Positions 24,011 through 43,004 of a stretch of 64,000 nucleotides of DNA are shown in pieces. Under the pieces are notes generated by a model. That model worked only from the letters and a program-made list of their open reading frames with translations. It ran no database searches and was not told where the DNA came from. Source of the DNA: Macrostomum lignano (Eukaryota); NCBI GenBank assembly GCA_002269645.1, contig NIVC01000957.1:1-64000 (forward strand), read 5' to 3'. Position 1 is the first letter of the stretch, and the number at the start of each line of letters is the position of its first letter. Both the position numbers and the translations under genes were made by a program.

Positions 24011-24499
24011 AGTGAAGGACTAGAGACTGAGCATAGCAGAAGCCTGACAGACCAACGAGGTGAGCCCCAAATCGCAGAGGAACTCTCTAATTATAATTGC
24101 AAGGGCCGGCAGCACACGGATAGATCTCAGATAAAAGCCGTCACCGCATGCGCGAGGTTGGAGATGGGCATCGAGTAAAAAGGGAGCCGAGGAGATGCAA
24201 AGAAAAGTTAGCACTGACCAGCACGGATTACGAGCTAACCAGCAGTAGAGCTTGTACTGAACGTCAGACCATACTCGTACTTGCAGGCCTTTCTATGAAG
24301 CATACAGGTAGCCGGGAGCTGCATTAAACAGACATGGCAGTCACGTGAATTTCCAAATGCTTTGTTCTAAGACCGACAAGCCTTTCAAATTGATTAGCTT
24401 TGGCAATTGGCATTTAAATTTTACAGTACCAATATGTGCAATGTAAAAAATGAAATCCGCCTACCTGTTTAACAGACTGAGGACTCAGTGACGGCTCTG

Positions 24500-24780
24500 G
24501 CTGACACCCTAAAACCGGCAATGATCCAGAGTCCGACACCTAAAACCAATCAAGACCCTGTCTGACACCCTAAAACGGATGGAGACCCTGTCTGACACCC
24601 TAAAACGGATGGAGACCCTGTCTGACACCCTAAAACGGATGGAGACCCTGTCTGACACCCTAAAACGGATGGAGACCCTGTCTGACACCCTAAAACGGAT
24701 GGAGACCCTGTCTGACACCCTAAAACGGATGGAGACCCTGTCTGACACCCTAAAACGGATGGAGACCCTGTCTGACACCA
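24500..24780. repeat. 30-bp minisatellite
   Basis: Unit gaccctgtctgacaccctaaaacggatgga. Confidence 0.95.
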
Positions 24781-25789
24781 AAAAGCCGCAATGACTAAAC
24801 CATAAGATAAGAATTAACTAAGTAAAAGATAATTAAGAAAAGAAAATGATTAAGAAAAGGCAAATTCACTGCTGATGACATGCACTCAAGTGCACTGGAG
24901 TGCTGAAAGCAAATAAAGTACAAGTACATAAAAGAAGAGTTTATTCTATCTGCTCAAAATCTAATCATTTACGCATCGGTGCACAATACCTCATAGGCTA
25001 TATATAAAATATAAACAGAACAATAAAAAAGTTAAGCAAACACGAAGAAAGCAAATCAGGAGGGAAAACCCGGAGCCACCCAAGGGCTTCCCTGGTTGTT
25101 GGAATTTCGGTGAAGATCTTCGGTGAGGAGAAGCGCCCTCTCCGTCATGTAGTTCAAGTAGTAATGTGCGCGTAAACAAGGCTTAATAATGAAAAAGCTA
25201 AGAAGCGCAAGGAGGCTGCAGGATGAAGATTGAGTACCAGTCACCAAATGGTCCAAGCCAACCGCATCAGAAATGATACACAGAAAAACAACTGGTCCAG
25301 TTTTGAAAGCACAGACAAAGATTCGCATTATCGATATTGGAAAACAATTAAACTATGCAAATAGGAGAAACCTGCTTCAGTCTATCATAAAGAGCTTGGA
25401 AATACAAAAGCAGAAAAACAGTTTGAGAAGAACAGCACGGTGCTTGACAGCCAGAAACAGCTTAAAAGTTCAATCTATCAAGTTATAAACCGAACAGCCG
25501 TTTAGCACCAAACAATTTTATCCAATTGATTGATTAATTAATTATTCAGACGCATACATCAACCTCTAGACAGTTTTCAATAACCAAAAACCAGAGCTAA
25601 TAATCGCATTTAGCAAAACATGATTAACTATAAAATTATATATTATATTAACGCAGAAAAACTTACAGGCCGAAACGCCGACTAGACACAAAACAGTATC
25701 GAAAGTTGAGCAAAATAATTTCTTGGTAAAACTAATTTTGCCAACTCTAGGAAGTTAGCTTAGAGTGAGCTTCACTTTCAACCGGAAAT

Positions 25790-26110
25790 CACTATAGCAA
25801 CAGAATAGCAACGCCATGGCAACAGCATAGCATCGTCATAGCAACAGCATAGCATCGCTATAGCAACAGCATAGCATCGCCATAGCATCACTATAGCAAC
25901 AGCATAGCATTACCATAGCAACAGCATAGCATCGCCATAGCAACAGCATAGCATCGCCATGGTAACAGCATAGCATCGCCATAGCAGCAGCATAGTAACG
26001 CCATAGCAACAGAACAAAATCGCAGTACAAAGAACATAGCATAGCTTTAGCAACAGCATAGTAACCCTATCGCAACGCCATAGCAACACAGCTTAGCACC
26101 ACCATAGCAA
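25790..26110. repeat. ~22-bp degenerate minisatellite just 3' of the MARK stop
   Basis: Unit atagcaacagcatagcatcgcc. Confidence 0.85.
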
Positions 26111-26174
26111 CAACAAAGCGTTCAAAAAACTATAAACCACTATGTTGCTACGGTGTTGCCATGGCTCGCAAGCC

Positions 26175-33296
<7,122 letters not shown>

Positions 33297-33364
33297 TCAA
33301 GATGGAGAGTTTTGCGTGAAAAAACCGACCAATTCTAAGTACTAAAGAAGCGGATTCTTAAAAA

Positions 33365-34060
33365 ATGAGGGGCGGATTCTCAGGACTGAGGGGGCGGGTT
33401 CTCGAAAACTTAGGAAGCAGATTCTCAAGGACTGAGAGGTGGATCAGGGGCGGATTCTCAAGGACTGAGGGGTGGATCAGGGGCGGATTCTCAAGGACTG
33501 AGAGGTGGATCAGGGGCGGATTCTCAAGGACTGAGGGGTGGATCAGGGGCGGATTCTCAAGGACTGAGAGGTGGATCAGGGGCAGATTCTCAAGGACTGA
33601 GGGGTGAATCAGGGGCGGATTCTCAAGGACTGAGGGGTGGATCAGGGGCGGATTCTCAAGGACTGAGAGGTGGATCAGGGGCGGATTCTCAAGGACTGAG
33701 AGGTGGATCAGGGGCGGATTCTCAAGGACTGAGAGGTGGATCAGGGGCGGATTCTCAAGGACTGAGAGGTGGATCAGGGGCGGATTCTCAAGGACTGAGA
33801 GGTGGATCAGGGGCGGATTCTCAAGGACTGAGGGGTGGATCAGGGGCGGATTCTCAAGGACTGAGAGGTGGATCAGGGGCAGATTCTCAAGGACTGAGGG
33901 GTGAATCAGGGGCGGATTCTCAAGGACTGAGAGGTGGATCAGGGGCGGATTCTCAAGGACTGAGAGGTGGATCAGGGGCGGATTCTCAAGGACTGAGAGG
34001 TGGATCAGGGGCAGATTCTCAAGGACTGAGAGGTGGATCAGGCAGGGACAGATTCTCAAT
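33365..34060. repeat. 33-bp minisatellite, about 21 copies
   Basis: Unit ggatcaggggcggattctcaaggactgagaggt. Confidence 0.95.
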
Positions 34061-36072
34061 GACTGAGCCAATGTAAAATGAATTGCTATCAATGCAGAAA
34101 TTAGCAAAAGAGCTTACTGGATTTTTAACAAAGCCTTCATGCACAGTGCCCAGCATCTTAGTGCCAGATGACATTCAAATAGAATGTGGCGGAATTCAAT
34201 TAGCCTCCTAAGCTATTGAAATCAAAGCAAGGTTTGAATTATTGCTACTTTGTTCCAACAATGCTTGCACTTGCAGCTCACTTTAATAGCTTCATTTAAT
34301 CATCAATAGCTTCATCGCAAAGACTGAAAAATGTTGAGGCATTTTGAAAATAATCAGATTTTCATAAATACTATTGTTTTCATAAATATTATAAATAAAT
34401 TAATAGATATAGATATTTACCCTGCAATTTTGACAACTGTGTGTATACAATGATACAATAAGATAGCTATTATTAGCATTAGAATTATATCTAGTGATAT
34501 GTTTAATTTTCTATTATTACTAGATCCTGATTAAGAACTTCATCAGATAAAATACAAAGTTGGTACTTATCAAAGAAAAATTCATCTACTATTCATATTT
34601 TTCAAATTAAGAAATTTTTATCTATATCTATACCATGGTGTCTAATTTAGTTTGTATAGAACCATAAATCTTGGCAAGAGGCACAGATAGAAACTAAATA
34701 TACAAAAAATTAGCAATTCAGATATACTAAATAAAATGGTTTACTAAAACTAAAAAATACCAAGCAGGTGCCAATATGGTTGCCAAATCATATTGCTATA
34801 ACAGATAATGTGGCACTGCTTGGTAGTGCTCATTAACTATTTGACTTGCATTGCATATTTAGACACTTAACATCTATTGTACTCATTGCCAATGTACTTA
34901 GTGAGGAGTCCATTGTGATCAAAATTGTACATAGACAGACAAACAGTTTTGATTTTTATAGGTATAGAATATCCCAATAAAATGGCCAAAAAGTGCAACA
35001 ACTTAGCAATCTAAAAACAATATAAAAGTTCAATTCAAAGCCTTAATGTATAATATATCTATTATAACATGAAATCATTAGATACTTCTAGTTATTTTAT
35101 CATTTTCCTCTGTATTTATATTATTTGTTGCATTGTATCAACTCTTTTCTGTTTAAGAGAGCTCTTTTTAATTGTATTATTTTTAAGTTCTTTTATTTTA
35201 AGAGAATATAAGACTTCAACTGATAGCCAAACCAGCCTTTATATTATCTTGAAAATGACCAATGGCAACATGTTGCCTACAATACTAGTATTAGTACAGT
35301 GCGATCAAACCATTCCAAGCTTTAGCATATAGATAGATAGAAAGATACAACATGCCATGCGTGCAACACTTCACTTTTACTAATCCTTGTTACATTTGAC
35401 ACAGACAATCTTCAACTATTTTGACACAATCATGTACAATTTTGAGTCTCAAAGTTACGCTTGAATAGTGCTATGTGCTTTTAAATTTAGGCTGCTTTTG
35501 TTAGCAAGGCAGCCACCCTAACCTCTACTTGTCTCTCTTTCCTAATCTAGGCCCAATGTGTAAAGGGGCTTTTAAAATTGACTAACTTTTGGCTGCCATT
35601 AGTTTGCTCCACATAAAGTGATTGACTTCAAACTTGACAAAATATTTCACTGACTCATTTATTGTCTAAATAGTCTCAACTTTGTAACTCAATCAAAACA
35701 GAAACTGCAAGTGTGTGAAGTTTGTCTGCTTTTTATGTTGTTTGTGCCACTCATTCACTCATTCCCACAAAGCCAGACCAAGGGTTGGGTGATAGGGCTA
35801 AATGTACATAGCAATGAATAGTGTTTTGGAATAACTTTTTATCACCTCTATACCCCTATGGCGAGGCTAATGTTTAACGTCTATACTCCCAGTACCAGAA
35901 CCAGTACCAAAAAAGAAAATACAAAATACCAGTAAAAAACGAAAAAATAATCAAGAAAAACGTCTAAAATGGTAAAAATCAACTCCAGCAATTATTATAA
36001 GCGTTACCACAGCGTTCAACATATTTCGTTTCAGCGAATTACATTACAGCATAACTTAATGCCTATTAAAAT

Positions 36073-36389
36073 TGTACAGTACACCTTAATTTCGTAATTT
36101 AAATTGGTGCCAACTCGAGGCGTGTGTTAAGTAAAGCAAAGTAATCGCATCGCAATGTAATAATACTCGTATATGTTCGTTTCGTTCAATACTTTATATT
36201 CGTAACTTTATATCAGCTGAATTTCATCGCCTTAGCTCGATGGTGAGTCCAATAAATGCTGAATCATAGCTCGAACTGTTACTGGCTATGCTTTAGAGTG
36301 TGCCTAGTAAGCAGGCAGCTGTGCAAACTTGTGATTGGGCGGTAAAGGCTCAAAGTCAAATTTAGTGTCCTGCCTCCGTTCTTGCTACA
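36073..36389 (+). repeat. 5' LTR
   Basis: Direct repeat of 48703-49017; followed by the PBS. Confidence 0.95.
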
Positions 36390-36539
36390 TTTGGCGACCA
36401 CGCCAGGACGAATTTCTTCATAGCAATAAAAGACCGAAGGATCAACGTGAGGCAGAAGAGCCTCAACGGCTAAGACTGAGAAATCGCGATATTTTACGTC
36501 CGACCGCTGCGGCTACGGCTAACACCTCATCGTCAACCA

Positions 36540-39500
36540 GTGAGCCAGAATCCGAACGGGAGGCGAACTGGCGGCGCTATCAAGAGGCAAGAGCTTCGTG
36601 ACCTGGATCCTGTGCAAATCTCTGTCGATGAAGCACGCTGCTGTCAGTCTCAAGTGCCAGTGCCCCCCGGGCTTGGCCAACCGTCAACGAACTACATGGA
36701 GACGGGAGACTCATTCCTGCTGGACACCAGGCCTTCCGCGGCAGCTGCGGCAGCTGCAGTGACACATCCACCAAGACCCTCTGTGCACCGTATGGCCGAA
36801 CCATGGGCTCCGTTGCTCCAAAGCGGATCTCACCCTGGCGCTGGCGCCCGCAACCTGTGCGCACCGGTATATCAACAAGCAATCCAGCTTCCGTCGGTGC
36901 CGAAGCCGGCGCCCTTCAACGGATCCGAACCGTTCGATGACTTTCTGGGTCGAGTGTCTTCATATTTAAGCCGGCACCAAGGACTGAGTGACTACAGCAA
37001 GATCAACACGCTCAGCAGTTACCTGGGACCAGCATTCGCTACCTACGAGGTCTGGCTCTACCAACTGTGCGCGCAGCATGGACAGCCCGTTGGGACTTCA
37101 CTGCAGTTCCTGCCAGGTGCCCGCTATGAAGATCTCCTGCAGCACCTTCGCGCTCGTCATGGCGGTGCCACCAGCACTGCGCTACTTCGGCGCGAGCTTC
37201 ACAGCCGGTGCCGGGGCAGGGACGAGAGGTTCGAGGATTTTCTGACTGCCCTCCAGCGACTCGCGTTCAAGGCCTACCCAGAGCTCGGTGCTCAAGACTG
37301 TCGCCAGCAGACTGTGCTTGAGCGGTTCATTCAAGGGCTGAACGACAACTACGTGACGGAGCGGCTGCTTAATATGCAGCTGCCTCTTACTACACCGGAT
37401 CAGGCCCTGCACTATGCCCAGCAAGTGCGCGAGACCCGGCAGATAATGAATTCCCAGTCGCAGCACCACAGCGCCGAGGCGTCAGCTCCAGCGGCACCAG
37501 CTCAGTCAACACCGACAGGAACCCGACCGCAGCATGGGCCATGGCCCATGCAGAAGCCATGCCACAGACGACACAACATCACCAGCCAGCGGCTCATCGA
37601 GCGCAGACAGCCCCAGCGCCACCATGGAGATCAGCTGACGCCGCTGCACATCAACAGCAGCAGCCTAGGGCGGTGCCCATCTGCTACGGCTGCCATCAGC
37701 CTGGCCACATCCGCCGGAGGTGCCCAAACGCTGGGGGGGGGGGGCTGGTCCAATGGGCCAGCACCGGCCCTCTCAGCACTAAGCAGTTCGGCCCAGCCCC
37801 CACGCCCCAGCTGCCAGCCCGACCAAGTGCGCTTCATCACCTCGCGCATGCTCAGAAAACGCCGGCCGTGCATGATCGACACCGGTGCCGAGATCTCCTG
37901 CATCAACGGCGACATCGTGCACTCGGCCAGGCTCAGGCGGCAGCTGAGACCCAGCTCAACAACCATCTATGGCGTGGGCGGCAATCAAGCAACAGTGCTG
38001 GGCGAAATTGAGATAAGTTTTTTTCTTGGTCCGCTTCATTTTCGACACAGATTCCTGGCGGTGACCTGCCTCAGCGCACCGGTAATTCTGGGCTGCGACT
38101 TCCTAAACAAATTTGACATTTCGATTCACCTGAGATCAGGCATTCTCGAGTTTAACGGCCTCGGCGTCACCTTGCCAATGCGGACATCCAGGCAAGCGGC
38201 CCAGACTTGCAAGCTGGCAGCGGCGGCCACGGTTCGACTGCAGCCAGGCGATGGCTGGATCATTCCGGTGCGGCCAGCGAGCGCGGCAGCGTGGACGAAC
38301 TCGGAGGCACCAGGCGTTGTCTGCGGTAGCAAGGCGGCCAAAGTGATGATCGGCCGCAGCGTGTCCAAGCTAGTTGACCACGGAATGGGGGTTGCTGTAA
38401 TCAACACCAGAGATGAGACAGTCGAGATCAAGGAGGGCGACATCGTCGGCAACTTTAACCCGCTGTCTGGCCAAGCCCTGGCGCATCTACAAGCCGGAGG
38501 ATCTGGTGATGGCAGCGAGGCAGATCCGACTACTGCAACGACCTGGCAGGACGAGGTGCAAATCGCCGATGACATCCCAACCGAGGAGCGGCAGCAAGTC
38601 GAACGCCTTCTGCTAGAGTTCAGTGACGTATTCACGAGCCCCAGCAACCCAGGCCGCACCCAATTGTTAAAGCACGAGATCGACACAGGCAACGCCAGGC
38701 CAATTCGCCAAGGACTGCGGCGCCTGGCTCCCACAGCGATCGCACAGCAGAAGGAGCTGGTTAACGAGATGCTGGAAAAGGGAGTCGTCCGACCATCGTC
38801 ATCACCTTGGGCATCTCCGATAGTTCTGGTTCGCAAGAAGGATGGGTCGGCCAGATTTTGCTTAGACTACCGCCTGCTGAACGCGGTGACCAAGCCCGAT
38901 GCATTCCCGATGCCCCGCATCGATGACACTCTGGATGCCCTCGAAGGAAACAGCTACTTCTCAGCGCTGGATCTCGAAAGTGGCTACTGGCAAGTCGAGA
39001 TGAATGACCGGGACAAGGAGAAGACGGCATTTGTGTGCCATGAAGGCCTGTTTGAATTCAACGTGATGCCGTTCGGACTACGGAATGCACCAGCCACCTT
39101 TCAGCGGCTCATGCAGCTGGTGCTCCGGGGACTGACGTGGCAGGCCTGTCTGGTGTTCATTGACGACGTCATCGTGATGGGCCAGACCATCGGCCAGCAC
39201 AACGATCGGCTGCGTTCAGTTCTGGAGCGACTGCGCGAGTTCAACCTGCGCCTCAAGCCGTCAAAGTGCCGATTTGCAAATACCAGCATGTTAGTCCTGG
39301 GCCACCGCGTCAGCAAGACCGGCATCACCGTCGATGAGGGCAAAACCGCGGCTGTGCGGGACTGGCCGGTGCCCCGGAGCTCGAAGGACGTCAAGAGCTT
39401 CCTCGGCATGACCTCCTACTACCGAAGATTTGTGCGCGAATACGCCAAGATCGCCGAGCCTCTGCGCCGCCTTACACTGCCGACGCCCTTCGAGTGGACG

Positions 39501-41663
39501 CCAGAAGCCGAGGCGGCCTTCAACCAGCTGAAGCAAGCGTTGCTGTCAGCTCCGATCCTGGCGTTCCCGGACATGAGCGAGTCGGGCTCCGAATTCATCC
39601 TCGTCACCGACGCAAGTGACTGCGCAATCGGCGCGGTGCTGTCGCAAGTGCAGGCGAGCGAAGAGCGGGTTATCACCTACGCCAGCCGCGCCCTGTCAAG
39701 AGCTGAGCGCAACTACTGCGTGACGCGGCGCGAGCTCCTGGCTGTTGTCGAGTTTGTTAAGAAGTTCCGGAGCTACCTGCTGCCGCGCGCCTTCACCGTT
39801 CGAGTGGATCACCAGGCGCTCACCTATCTGCTGGCATTCAAAGAGCCCGAAGGCCAGCTGGCCAGATGGCTGCAGCTGCTCGATGAGTTCAACTTCAAGG
39901 TCGTCTTTCGCCGAGGCCGCCAACACGGCAACGCAGACGCCCTCTCTCGACGAGAGCAAAAGTGCACCAGCCAGTGTCGAGTCTGTCGGCCAGGGACGAC
40001 AGCGGTGGCGCCAGCCGAGACTTCAACAGCCGCCTGCCAGACGGAGCCGACGGTCGAGGCGCCAGTGCCAATCGCGGAGCCTGCTGGCCGGGTCGACACA
40101 GTCAGAGTCAACTCCGTGCAAACCAACGCAGCGACATCAGCGCCGGCTACCTCTGCGGCTGCCCAGACCAACGCCGAGCCGGAACGTCAGGGCACTTCAA
40201 GGCGGAAGCAGCAGCTTCAACCGCGGCCAAGCGAGAGCGAGGACTCCTGCGAAGACGAAATCAGCGACGAGGCCATTCAGGAAGGCGAGGCGCTGTCAGA
40301 TGCGTCTCAGTCACTGCGTGAACTGCAGCTCCGTGATCCAGACATCGGCCCGGTGTTTCGCCTGCTGTCCAACGGCAAGACAAGGTTCAGCGCCAGCAGA
40401 CGTGACCGACTGTCGCCTGAGAGCCTAATTCTGGCACAGAAGATCGGCGAACTGTGTTTCGTCGACGGCGCCCTGAACAAGCTGGTGAAGTCCAAGCCGG
40501 TGCCTGTGATTCCGCGCTGCAGACAGGAGGAGTTCATCGAGGAGGTCCATGAGCTTGGGCATCTGGGCGAGGACAAGACCTTGGCAGCCCTCAAGCAGCG
40601 TTGCTACTGGCCGAAAATGGCGGAGAGCGTTCGCCTAGCGGTCAGGTCCTGCCAAGTGTGCCAGCGCGCTAAGACACCGAGTCAGCGCCGAGCTCCACTG
40701 CAGACTATGGCCAGTGGATTTCCTATGCAACGCGTGGGCACTGACGTGGTCAAAGTTGGACTGTCACGGCGGGGCAACGATCGGTTGCTCACCATTGTCG
40801 ACTACTTCACCAAGTGGGTCGAGCTGGTGCCACTCCCCGACGAGAAAGCGGCCACCATCGCCAAAGCACTGTTCGACAACTGGGTGACGCGTTTCGGAGC
40901 CCCGCACATTCTGCACTCCGACCGTGGCAAGGCCGTGGACGGCAAGGTCATCAGGAGCCTGTGCCGGCTGCTGGAGATTCAGAAGACGCGGACATCCGGC
41001 TACCATCCGCAGTGCGACGGCCTAGTAGAAAGGTTCCACCGCACTCTGCACCAGATGCTCCGCTGCCACCTGCAGTCAGTCCAGCCGGAGGACTGGGAAG
41101 AAGTGCTGCCGCATTGTCTCCTGGCCTACCGCAGCAGCGTCAATGCTACAACTGGGTTTACTCCTCACTGCCTGCTGACTGGCCGGGAAATGACGCTTCC
41201 AGTTGACGTCGTCTACCGGCCACCGGAGCCGCCAATGACAGTCGGTCAGTTCGCCGCCAACAACCGCGACCAGCTGCTTCGCGCCTACGACTCCGTGCGG
41301 CGATCGATGGCGACGGCACAACGGCGCCAGTGGCGGTACTACGACCAGAAGGCCAAGCGATGCAGATTCCGGGTCGGCGACCTCGTATGGGTTTTTATTC
41401 CGCCGTCGGCGCTTTCAAGGACGACTGGACTGGCTCCGAAACACCAGGCGCCCTGGACCGGCCCGTTCCGGGTGCTGCAGCGAACGTCGCCGGTGAACTA
41501 CCTGGTTCGTCCTATCGATTACAAGGACGGCGACACCGGTCGGGTGGTCCACGCAAACAAGCTGAAACGTGCGCACCAACCCCGCGCTCCCGACCCGGCG
41601 CGGAGTGAGGCGACCAGCGACTGCAGCAGCGAAGTTCTTGACGATGGCTGGGTCCTAGTGTGA
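36540..41663 (+). CDS. gag-pol: Gypsy Gag-Pol polyprotein (Gag, PR, RT, RNase H, IN)
   Basis: 1707-aa ORF: protease IDTGAEIS; RT PWASPIVLV, FCLDYRLLN, FIDD; RNase H VTDASD, NYCVTRRELLAV; integrase H-x3-H..C-x2-C, LHSDRG, GLVERFHRT, GPF motif. Order is PR-RT-RH-IN. Confidence 0.96.
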   Translation: MSQNPNGRRTGGAIKRQELRDLDPVQISVDEARCCQSQVPVPPGLGQPSTNYMETGDSFLLDTRPSAAAAAAAVTHPPRPSVHRMAEPWAPLLQSGSHPGAGARNLCAPVYQQAIQLPSVPKPAPFNGSEPFDDFLGRVSSYLSRHQGLSDYSKINTLSSYLGPAFATYEVWLYQLCAQHGQPVGTSLQFLPGARYEDLLQHLRARHGGATSTALLRRELHSRCRGRDERFEDFLTALQRLAFKAYPELGAQDCRQQTVLERFIQGLNDNYVTERLLNMQLPLTTPDQALHYAQQVRETRQIMNSQSQHHSAEASAPAAPAQSTPTGTRPQHGPWPMQKPCHRRHNITSQRLIERRQPQRHHGDQLTPLHINSSSLGRCPSATAAISLATSAGGAQTLGGGGWSNGPAPALSALSSSAQPPRPSCQPDQVRFITSRMLRKRRPCMIDTGAEISCINGDIVHSARLRRQLRPSSTTIYGVGGNQATVLGEIEISFFLGPLHFRHRFLAVTCLSAPVILGCDFLNKFDISIHLRSGILEFNGLGVTLPMRTSRQAAQTCKLAAAATVRLQPGDGWIIPVRPASAAAWTNSEAPGVVCGSKAAKVMIGRSVSKLVDHGMGVAVINTRDETVEIKEGDIVGNFNPLSGQALAHLQAGGSGDGSEADPTTATTWQDEVQIADDIPTEERQQVERLLLEFSDVFTSPSNPGRTQLLKHEIDTGNARPIRQGLRRLAPTAIAQQKELVNEMLEKGVVRPSSSPWASPIVLVRKKDGSARFCLDYRLLNAVTKPDAFPMPRIDDTLDALEGNSYFSALDLESGYWQVEMNDRDKEKTAFVCHEGLFEFNVMPFGLRNAPATFQRLMQLVLRGLTWQACLVFIDDVIVMGQTIGQHNDRLRSVLERLREFNLRLKPSKCRFANTSMLVLGHRVSKTGITVDEGKTAAVRDWPVPRSSKDVKSFLGMTSYYRRFVREYAKIAEPLRRLTLPTPFEWTPEAEAAFNQLKQALLSAPILAFPDMSESGSEFILVTDASDCAIGAVLSQVQASEERVITYASRALSRAERNYCVTRRELLAVVEFVKKFRSYLLPRAFTVRVDHQALTYLLAFKEPEGQLARWLQLLDEFNFKVVFRRGRQHGNADALSRREQKCTSQCRVCRPGTTAVAPAETSTAACQTEPTVEAPVPIAEPAGRVDTVRVNSVQTNAATSAPATSAAAQTNAEPERQGTSRRKQQLQPRPSESEDSCEDEISDEAIQEGEALSDASQSLRELQLRDPDIGPVFRLLSNGKTRFSASRRDRLSPESLILAQKIGELCFVDGALNKLVKSKPVPVIPRCRQEEFIEEVHELGHLGEDKTLAALKQRCYWPKMAESVRLAVRSCQVCQRAKTPSQRRAPLQTMASGFPMQRVGTDVVKVGLSRRGNDRLLTIVDYFTKWVELVPLPDEKAATIAKALFDNWVTRFGAPHILHSDRGKAVDGKVIRSLCRLLEIQKTRTSGYHPQCDGLVERFHRTLHQMLRCHLQSVQPEDWEEVLPHCLLAYRSSVNATTGFTPHCLLTGREMTLPVDVVYRPPEPPMTVGQFAANNRDQLLRAYDSVRRSMATAQRRQWRYYDQKAKRCRFRVGDLVWVFIPPSALSRTTGLAPKHQAPWTGPFRVLQRTSPVNYLVRPIDYKDGDTGRVVHANKLKRAHQPRAPDPARSEATSDCSSEVLDDGWVLV

Positions 41664-41884
41664 GTCTGACAATCTTTTTTGCCGATTTCTGCGACCTGCG
41701 CAGTTTGTGCTTGAGTTGTGCATTTGTGCGCTGTTCCAGCAGAGCTGCCTTTGCGTGTCACTTGGCTAAGTATTTTTTGCGTTTAATTCGTTTTTTAAGA
41801 TCCCTCTGGTAAATAAACCAGATAACACCACAAGATAATTTGCGAATCTTGTCAGATTCACTACCGATTTCCTTGTTTGAGTTG

Positions 41885-42560
41885 CGAAACTGGTGAAACC
41901 ACCAGATTCGTCACCAGGTAATTTTTTGTTTTCTTGTTTGACTGTTATCTGGTGAGTTATCTGAATTTCACCAGATAACATGGCCCGAATCTTGCTTAGA
42001 AATCAGATTACATGACAAGATTCGCCACCAGATAATTTTTTGTTTTCTTGTTTGACTGTTATCTGGTGAGTTATCTGAATTTCACCAGATAACATGGCCC
42101 GAATCTTGCTTAGAAATCAGATTACATGACAAGATTCGCCACCAGATAATTTTTTGTTTTCTTGTTTGACTGTTATCTGGTGAGTTATCTGAATTTCACC
42201 AGATAACATGGCCCGAATCTTGCTTAGAAATCAGATTACATGACAAGATTTGCCACCAGATAATTTTTTGTTTTCTTGTTTGATTGAATCTTGTTTGAAT
42301 CGGAATTTCACAGGATAACATGGTGCGAATCTTGTTTGAAAATCAGATAACAGTACAAGATTCGCCATCAGGTAATTTTTTGTTTTCTTGGTTGATTGAA
42401 TCTTGTTTGGATCGGAATTTCACAGGATAACATGGCGCAAATCTTGTTTGAAAGGCAGATAACAGTACAAGATTTAAATCAGGATAACTGTGCATTATCT
42501 AGTCTGTAAGAAACCTGTGTGAATCTGAAATTTACCGGATAACAGGATGCAAATCTGGTT
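41885..42560. repeat. Left subterminal array, 114-bp unit
   Basis: attacatgac recurs at 42007, 42121 and 42235, followed by degenerate copies. Confidence 0.9.
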
Positions 42561-43004
42561 TGCAAACCAGATAATGGAAAAAGATTTCAATCAAGATGCC
42601 TTTGTGTTATCCGGTCTGTAAGAACCCGTTGTACTCGTACTTTTCACCCATAATTTTTTTTCAGAATTTCGTGATCCAGGCCTAATTTAATTGATTTCCA
42701 AGTGAAGGCCCGGATCAGCATTTTTAGCCTGGAATAGCCCCTTTTTTCCGGAAATGTGATCCTGCAAAAGTTCGGCAAAAAGGAAAGCTGTTCCGGCTGC
42801 ATTTTCCGAAAATTTTCACCTTGAACACTGCTAAATTCTAATTGTAGACCCAAATTTCAGGTTTTCCAAATGAAAATGTTCTGGATGAGATTTCAGGAGT
42901 TCAGTCGGAATTCCTCAGTGATCTAGACCAAGTGATTCGGCAAATCCACAGGGATCAGCTCCCATTGACTCGAATCTCGATGAAGTTATGGATAAGACTG
43001 GACT

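Noticed and set aside
33358-34107. 249-aa [11 protein letters not shown] repeat ORF as the MARK N-terminus
   Set aside because: It is a 33-bp minisatellite ending in a stop before the true acceptor at 33289.
38126-41761. Multiple antisense and alternate-frame ORFs across pol
   Set aside because: Shadow ORFs of a GC-rich coding sequence with no motifs.
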